Positions 58,224-64,000 of a stretch of DNA of 64,000 nt are shown here, piece after piece. Position numbers and translations under genes: made by a program. A model generated the notes under the pieces. That model was not told where the DNA came from. It searched no databases and saw only the letters and a program-made list of their open reading frames with translations. Where the stretch lies: positions 381,391 to 445,390 of the forward strand of contig CAYNIC010000001.1 in NCBI GenBank assembly GCA_964397465.1, read 5' to 3'. Each line of letters opens with the position of its first letter. Position 1 is the stretch's first letter. This DNA is from an uncultured Rhodospirillales bacterium (GTDB lineage Bacteria > Pseudomonadota > Alphaproteobacteria > JAWKYA01).

Positions 58224-59165
58224 CTATTGCCCTATGCGCCTTACCCGCCCGCTTTCCTGGAAGCTGCCGCAGCTCGCCAAGCAAAGCGTCGCCGCCTGGG
58301 ACGGCGGGGCAAAGAGACTCGAGAGCAGAAGCCGGTGATATCGACTAAAGAGAGCCGCCCCCTGTTCGCGCCGCGCCCATTTCCACGCCCGGCTGGTGGC
58401 GCGATAAGCCGCCGTCTTTATAAACTGCGGCGATAGACCCGGATAATCTTTCAAGAACAAGCCCAAAGATAAATTCAGGTCATGCAGGATCTGGGCGCCG
58501 TTATCGCTGAGCCTGTCCGCGGCGATTTGCGGCGAAAGATAGATTGTCTTATCAAGCTCAACAAACTTGCCCAGGCGCGCCAACCGCAGCGCCAAGGAGT
58601 AGTCTTGAATAAACACCCGCTCGTCCGAACCGCCGGCGCGCAGGAAATCTTCCCGGCGGCCCAAGATGCAGCTTGGATTGAAATAAGCGCGTTTGACCAC
58701 CTTGGCGAGGGGATGATCGACAATCGTTATCTCTCCCGACCGCCGCACGCCGATATCCGTTGGCAGCTCCGCGGAATCACCTGGATCGTAAAGCCCGTCT
58801 CTGCCAATAACCAACACCGCATGTTGATGGGAGAGCGCCTGCATCAGGGCGAGGGTTGCTTCCGGTACCAGAATGTCATCCGAATCCATCAACTTGACAT
58901 AGTCATGCGCGGCCAGGGCCAATCCTTTATTCAAAGCCGCCGCCGGTCCGGCATTGGCTTGACGATGAATGACCACCTTCGTTGTCGGCGTCGCCAGGGG
59001 TCTGGTCAGTTCTTCCAGAAGAGCGGCCGAGCCGTCGGTCGAGCCGTCATCAACAAAAATATATTCCCGATCAAAATCTCCCGCCTGCCGCGCTAAGCCG
59101 GCAACCACCCGCGGTAAAAATGGCACCTTATTATAAACGGTAAAAACATAGGAAATACCTGTCAT
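58224..59165 (-). CDS. glycosyltransferase family 2
   Basis: It has the YVFTVYNKVPFL N-terminus, FVDDGSTDGS and a DSDD (DxD) motif. The ATG at 59165 is preceded by AAGGAG. Confidence 0.85.
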   Translation of the reverse strand: MTGISYVFTVYNKVPFLPRVVAGLARQAGDFDREYIFVDDGSTDGSAALLEELTRPLATPTTKVVIHRQANAGPAAALNKGLALAAHDYVKLMDSDDILVPEATLALMQALSHQHAVLVIGRDGLYDPGDSAELPTDIGVRRSGEITIVDHPLAKVVKRAYFNPSCILGRREDFLRAGGSDERVFIQDYSLALRLARLGKFVELDKTIYLSPQIAADRLSDNGAQILHDLNLSLGLFLKDYPGLSPQFIKTAAYRATSRAWKWARREQGAALFSRYHRLLLSSLFAPPSQAATLCLASCGSFQESGRVRRIGQ

Positions 59166-59361
59166 TTCTGCTCCTTCTGGCCGGTTTTTCCCCCACCACG
59201 GTGCACTATCGGACAAGTGATGTCCTTAGGTAAAGACCTGGGGATAAAGGCCTGGGGGTAAAGCCCGGTTGACCTTTAAGTACAGACAGCCCAATTCTAT
59301 AAGGAAAGCGTCACCCTATCTTCATCTTCCGAAATCTTTCGCCCTTAAGTGGAATTATCCC

Positions 59362-60807
59362 ATGACCTCGCCTTCTCCCCTAGCCTTGACCGACGATTTG
59401 TTTTTCGCCCGAACCGATCTTGATCGCAGGCGGATCGAGCGACTACTGAAGGATAAACTGGCCGGCTGTGACGACGGGGAGTTGTTCTTGGAATACCGGC
59501 AGTCGGAAGCTTTGCTGTTGGACGACGGCCGGATCAAGTCCGCCAGCTTCGACACTACCCAAGGCTTCGGCTTGCGGGCCGTGGCCGGAGAAGCGCAGGG
59601 CTATGCCCATATGGGCGAGATATCCGAAGCCGCCATTCTCCGCGCGGCCGCCGCAACAAGCGCGGTACGCGCCGGCTATGCCGGTAGCCTTGCCGCAGCG
59701 CCGATCGGCACCAATCGCAGTCTTTATCGCGACACCAATCCTTTGGGCGAAGAGCCGTTTGAAACCAAGGTGAAACTCTTGGGCGACATCGACGCCTATG
59801 TGCGCCGCAAAGATCCGCGGGTGCGCCAAGTGTCTGTCAGCCTTGCCGGCGAATGGCAGGCGATCCAAATCATTCGCCCCGATGGTTATCGCGTCGGCGA
59901 TATCCGTCCTCTGGTCCGCATCAATATCAGTGTCGTGGTCGGCGACGGCAAACGCCAGGAAAGCGGCACCCACGGCACCGGCGGACGGCGCACCTACACC
60001 GCCTATCTTGACCCCAAATCCTGGCAGGCCGGGGCCGACGAGGCCTTGCGCCAAGCCCTGGTGAATTTGGAGTCAGTTCCCGCCCCCGCCGGCCCGACGA
60101 CGGTGGTTTTAGGTCCGGGCTGGCCCGGCGTCCTGCTGCATGAAGCCGTGGGTCACGGCCTTGAAGGCGACTGCAATCGCAAAGGCGTCTCCGTCTTTGC
60201 CGGATTGATGGGTCAGCAGGTTGCCGCCAAAGGTGTTACCGTTGTCGACGACGGCACGATCGAAGATCGCCGCGGTTCGCTGACGGTCGACGATGAAGGC
60301 ACGCCGTCGGCGCGCAATGTGCTGATCGAAGACGGCAAGCTCGTTGGTTACATTCAAGACCGGTTGAACGCCCGGTTGATGGGCATGCGCCCCACCGGCA
60401 ACGGGCGCCGGCAAAGCTATGCCCACCTGCCCATGCCGCGCATGACCAATACCTATATGTTGGCGGGCGATAAGGATCCGGCCGAGATCTTGGCCAGCGT
60501 CAAAAACGGCGTCTATGCCGTCAACTTCGGCGGCGGACAGGTCGATACCGCCAGCGGCGATTTCGTCTTTGCCTGCACCGAAGCTTACCGGATCGACAAC
60601 GGCAAGCTTGGCGCACCATTGAAGGGCGCAACCCTGATCGGCAACGGCCCCGAGGTCATGCGGAAAATTTCCATGATCGGCAACGATCTGTCGCTGGATG
60701 CGGGGATCGGCACCTGCGGTAAAGACGGGCAAAGCGTTCCGGTCGGCGTTGGACAACCGACCTTACGCATCGACGGAATCGTGGTCGGCGGCACCGCGAC
60801 TGGTTAA
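59362..60807 (+). CDS. tldD: metalloprotease TldD
   Basis: It has HEAVGHGLEGD (HExxxH) and GxC...GKDG in the C-terminal region. It is 481 aa from the ATG at 59362. Confidence 0.9.
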   Translation: MTSPSPLALTDDLFFARTDLDRRRIERLLKDKLAGCDDGELFLEYRQSEALLLDDGRIKSASFDTTQGFGLRAVAGEAQGYAHMGEISEAAILRAAAATSAVRAGYAGSLAAAPIGTNRSLYRDTNPLGEEPFETKVKLLGDIDAYVRRKDPRVRQVSVSLAGEWQAIQIIRPDGYRVGDIRPLVRINISVVVGDGKRQESGTHGTGGRRTYTAYLDPKSWQAGADEALRQALVNLESVPAPAGPTTVVLGPGWPGVLLHEAVGHGLEGDCNRKGVSVFAGLMGQQVAAKGVTVVDDGTIEDRRGSLTVDDEGTPSARNVLIEDGKLVGYIQDRLNARLMGMRPTGNGRRQSYAHLPMPRMTNTYMLAGDKDPAEILASVKNGVYAVNFGGGQVDTASGDFVFACTEAYRIDNGKLGAPLKGATLIGNGPEVMRKISMIGNDLSLDAGIGTCGKDGQSVPVGVGQPTLRIDGIVVGGTATG

Positions 60808-61979
60808 CGCGGCAGCGGCTCGGTGCCTTCGCTGAGGATAGACAAATAATCTTTGTAAGCAAAAATTCTTCCTCGTTTCTTTCCTGTCACTTCCCGGATA
60901 ATTCCTAACGATTGGAGATGTTCAAGAGACTTAATAACTGTTGGCATCGACAGTTTTAATGATTCGCTTATCGCTCCTATTGTCATGACAGGCCGATTTT
61001 GAAAAAGCTGATGTACGCTCATAGCTGAAGCTGCGGGTCGCCCTAGACGTTCGATGTATTCGTGATCGATTTTAAATAAATCAAGAATCTTTTTTGCCGC
61101 ATCTATCGCTTGTATAGCTGTTTGCTCGACACCTTCTAAAAAAAATAGAAGCCATCTCTCCCAATCACCATGAGTACGCACACGTTGCAGAAAATCATAG
61201 TAATCCTGTCGATGGCTTTTCAGGTAAAGGCTTAAATAAAGCAGAGGTTCCTTTATCACTCCGGCATTACAAAGCAAAAGAGTAATCAGCAATCGCCCCA
61301 CGCGACCATTGCCATCACTAAAAGGATGGATAGTTTCAAACTGTACGTGAATAAGTCCCGCTTTAATCAGTAAGGGGATTTCCGGCGTATCAGCATTGAT
61401 GAATTTCTCCAAAGCATCCAATGCTTCCATAAGGCGTTCAGGCGGAGGCGGCACGAAGCTGGCATTTCCTGGGCGCGTTCCGCCAACCCAGTTTTGACTG
61501 CGGCGAAATTCACCAGGCTGCTTATCGCTGCCTCGACCGTAACGTAAAACTAGATTATGAATCTCTCTAATAAGCCTCAATGATATGGGAAAGCCTTCGC
61601 GTATTCTTTTTAACCCATGATCCATGGCAGCAACGTAATTCGAAACTTCGATCACATCATTCATAGGATCGACTTCTTTATCGCTATCTTCAAACAACAG
61701 CAAATCAGATAAGGAAGATTGCGTCCCTTCGATCTGCGATGACAACACCGCTTCTTTACGCACATAGGTGTAAATAAAATATCGTGGATCAGGGAGGATT
61801 GTCGTCATACCGTCTAAGCGGCCTAGGGCGACATTGGCTTTCTCCAATGCACGGTACAATACTTCCATTTTGAGTGGCGGCTGCGGCGGTAAGATCGGAG
61901 GGATAAAAGCTTGGGCCTTTTCCCCCGCAGAAGTCGTCGTTACATATTGCCCAAGCCGCGTACTTAGCTCATTTGACAT
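60804..61979 (-). CDS. Fic-family protein (Fic_N plus FIC core plus C-terminal winged-helix-like domain), intramolecularly inhibited type
   Basis: 391 aa with the active-site motif HPFSDGNGRVGRLL. The N-terminal SSQIEGT fits the [S/T]xxxE[G/N] inhibitory motif. The C-terminus LSMPTVIKSLEHLQSLGIIREVTGKKRGRIFAY looks wHTH-like. The DNA is clearly AT-richer than its neighbours. Confidence 0.9.
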   Translation of the reverse strand: MSNELSTRLGQYVTTTSAGEKAQAFIPPILPPQPPLKMEVLYRALEKANVALGRLDGMTTILPDPRYFIYTYVRKEAVLSSQIEGTQSSLSDLLLFEDSDKEVDPMNDVIEVSNYVAAMDHGLKRIREGFPISLRLIREIHNLVLRYGRGSDKQPGEFRRSQNWVGGTRPGNASFVPPPPERLMEALDALEKFINADTPEIPLLIKAGLIHVQFETIHPFSDGNGRVGRLLITLLLCNAGVIKEPLLYLSLYLKSHRQDYYDFLQRVRTHGDWERWLLFFLEGVEQTAIQAIDAAKKILDLFKIDHEYIERLGRPAASAMSVHQLFQNRPVMTIGAISESLKLSMPTVIKSLEHLQSLGIIREVTGKKRGRIFAYKDYLSILSEGTEPLPR

Positions 61980-61989
61980 AAGAATATTA

Positions 61990-62101
61990 TCCTTTAATAA
62001 GGTGCCCTCTTATTAAAGGATATTGCCTTTCTATTTAATAATGCGCAATCTATTAAAGGATGATGCCTAATCCTTTAATAAGCCTTTTCCTTATTAAAGT
62101 T
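61990..62101. promoter_or_regulatory. three phased inverted repeats of TCCTTTAATAAG / CTTATTAAAGGA (putative operator array upstream of fic)
   Basis: IR1 is 61990-62001 / 62009-62020 and is perfect. IR2 is 62031-62042 / 62049-62060, matching 8/12 and 10/12. IR3 is 62071-62082 (perfect) / 62090-62101 (10/12). Left arms start 41 and 40 bp apart. Confidence 0.6.
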
Positions 62102-62102
62102 T

Positions 62103-62936
62103 TTAAATTAAGAAACGGCCGAGGCCTAGCCGTTTAGCCCGGCGGACAATGAAGGCCCGGGTCACGGCCTCAATGATCTTAGCCAACAGCCCTTGCGGGT
62201 TGAACCCGGCAGCCTTGACCACCATGGCGACGCCGCGGCGGATATGGTGCGGACGGTATAGGCCATAGGTGCGGCCCATATAGGCGGTGCGGCAGGTTTC
62301 CCGGTCATAGGGCTTCATCGGATCGGCCGGCATGACATTGGCCGCATGCCACGCGCAGGCCAGCTCGTCATCCTCGATCTCGCGCACGCGCCCCAGGATA
62401 GTCGATACTTGGCGCCACCGCCCTGCGGGTTCACGCGCCAAGGCCTGCTGCATCCGATCATAAAAAAGTTTGTAATGGCGCAGCTCATCGGCGGCGATGC
62501 GCTGGCAAATCTCGATCAGCACCGGCTCGGTCGAAGCCTCCGCCAGGGCGGCGTAAAAACTTGAGGTGCCGGTTTCAACCGCGCACCGAGCCAAGAGTTC
62601 AGCCGCCACGCTGCCGCGCACCGACACCCCCGCATCCACCGGAATGCGGTAAAGATCGCGAAACCGCGACAAAGCCAATTCCGGATCGAAATCGGGATCG
62701 GCGCGTTTTGCCCAGGCGCCTAACGCTGCGCCGTGTCGGCACTCGTCCGCGGCCCAACCATCAACAGCCGCGCAGAATTCCCGATCATCGGCGAAAACAT
62801 TCGAGAGATAGCGCCGGTAATCATCGGCATTGCCTTCAACCAAGGCCGAGGCCTTGACCAGCGCCAGCAGGGCCGGATCAACTGCACCGGCGTTAAACCG
62901 ATCCCAGGCAATATCGTTTAAATTCCATGCCGCCAT
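62103..62936 (-). CDS. ferritin-like di-iron protein, acyl-ACP desaturase-like
   Basis: 277 aa from MAAWNLND. The two ExxH motifs WAADECRHG and IAADELRHY resemble the EENRHG / DEKRHE motifs of FA_desaturase_2. The longer ORF track start (63260) overlaps atpC and is rejected. Confidence 0.7.
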   Translation of the reverse strand: MAAWNLNDIAWDRFNAGAVDPALLALVKASALVEGNADDYRRYLSNVFADDREFCAAVDGWAADECRHGAALGAWAKRADPDFDPELALSRFRDLYRIPVDAGVSVRGSVAAELLARCAVETGTSSFYAALAEASTEPVLIEICQRIAADELRHYKLFYDRMQQALAREPAGRWRQVSTILGRVREIEDDELACAWHAANVMPADPMKPYDRETCRTAYMGRTYGLYRPHHIRRGVAMVVKAAGFNPQGLLAKIIEAVTRAFIVRRAKRLGLGRFLI

Positions 62937-63000
62937 GACTAGTCCCCTCTCCCAGAGGTTAGGGAGATTTCGGCATAACGGCAAGACTGATGACTTAGAT

Positions 63001-63426
63001 TTAGCCGGCGTAAGGCGGGTGAGCGATGGCGTCGAGTTTGGCACGGGCGACGACAAGCCGACGCTTGGCCAGGCGGCGCTCCACGCCATCGATCGCCGCG
63101 TTCTTTTCATCGCGGCGTTGCGATACTTCGCGCGTAGCCGCTTCGACACTGAGGTTATCGAACGGTACGGCTTCTTCGGCCAAGACCGTGCAGCGCTGAG
63201 CCGTGACCTCGGCAAAACCGCCAGCCACAAATATCCGCCGCACCACAACCTTATTGGCAAAGATGCAGATGACGCCGAGACGCAGCGCAGTGATCAGAGG
63301 CGCATGTCCGGGCAGCACGCCGATATCGCCTTCGGCACCCGGAACAACCACCATCTCCACGGCTTCGGAGACCAGGAGTTTTTCCGGCGAGACAAGTTCG
63401 AATTCGAGTGTTGCGGCCATATCCAC
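63001..63426 (-). CDS. atpC: F0F1 ATP synthase subunit epsilon
   Basis: It has LEFELVSPEKLL...VVVPGAEGDIGVLPGHAPLIT and lies directly after atpD. Confidence 0.9.
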   Translation of the reverse strand: MDMAATLEFELVSPEKLLVSEAVEMVVVPGAEGDIGVLPGHAPLITALRLGVICIFANKVVVRRIFVAGGFAEVTAQRCTVLAEEAVPFDNLSVEAATREVSQRRDEKNAAIDGVERRLAKRRLVVARAKLDAIAHPPYAG

Positions 63427-63443
63427 TTATCCGTTTCGTAACT

Positions 63444-64000
<557 letters not shown>

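Overview
This window is a chromosomal segment from a moderately GC-rich Gram-negative bacterium, most likely an alphaproteobacterium. That assignment is an inference from gene content: a mitochondrial-type ctaC-ctaD-ctaB-ctaG-ctaE-surf1 cluster, an NDUFA9-like protein, plant-type GshA, DUF1150, and a CTTG-N17-CYTATNT promoter. The window is almost entirely housekeeping and tightly packed. Recognisable blocks are: (1) aminotransferase, prmA and a UvrD-family helicase; (2) the conserved kdsD-lptC-lptA-lptB-rpoN-hpf-ptsN cluster on the minus strand, preceded by an RNase D-like gene and tRNA-Leu(CAG); (3) gltD-gltB glutamate synthase; (4) a rhodanese-ChrB/ChrA chromate module; (5) thrS-infC; (6) gshA, rsmE, ubiA and phhA; (7) rlmH-rsfS-nadD; (8) thiM; (9) the aa3 cytochrome oxidase cluster; (10) tldD; (11) the end of the atp operon (atpD partial, atpC). 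I saw no CRISPR array, rRNA, transposase, integrase or phage block. The non-ordinary parts are small. (a) A visibly AT-rich single-gene insertion carries an auto-inhibited Fic AMPylase-type protein, and its 123-bp upstream region is filled by three phased palindromes. (b) An AT-rich orphan gene for a 2-TM protein sits directly after infC. (c) A roughly 2.7-kb accessory patch encodes a leaderless PG-binding/GH108-like protein and two secreted unknowns. (d) The Lpt proteins carry Pro/Ala-rich low-complexity extensions, including about 246 extra codons fused in frame to lptB. (e) Seven convergent gene pairs share 4-nt overlapping stop codons. (f) rsfS and infC probably use non-canonical start codons. 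All functional calls come from reading motifs in the supplied translations. No database search was run.
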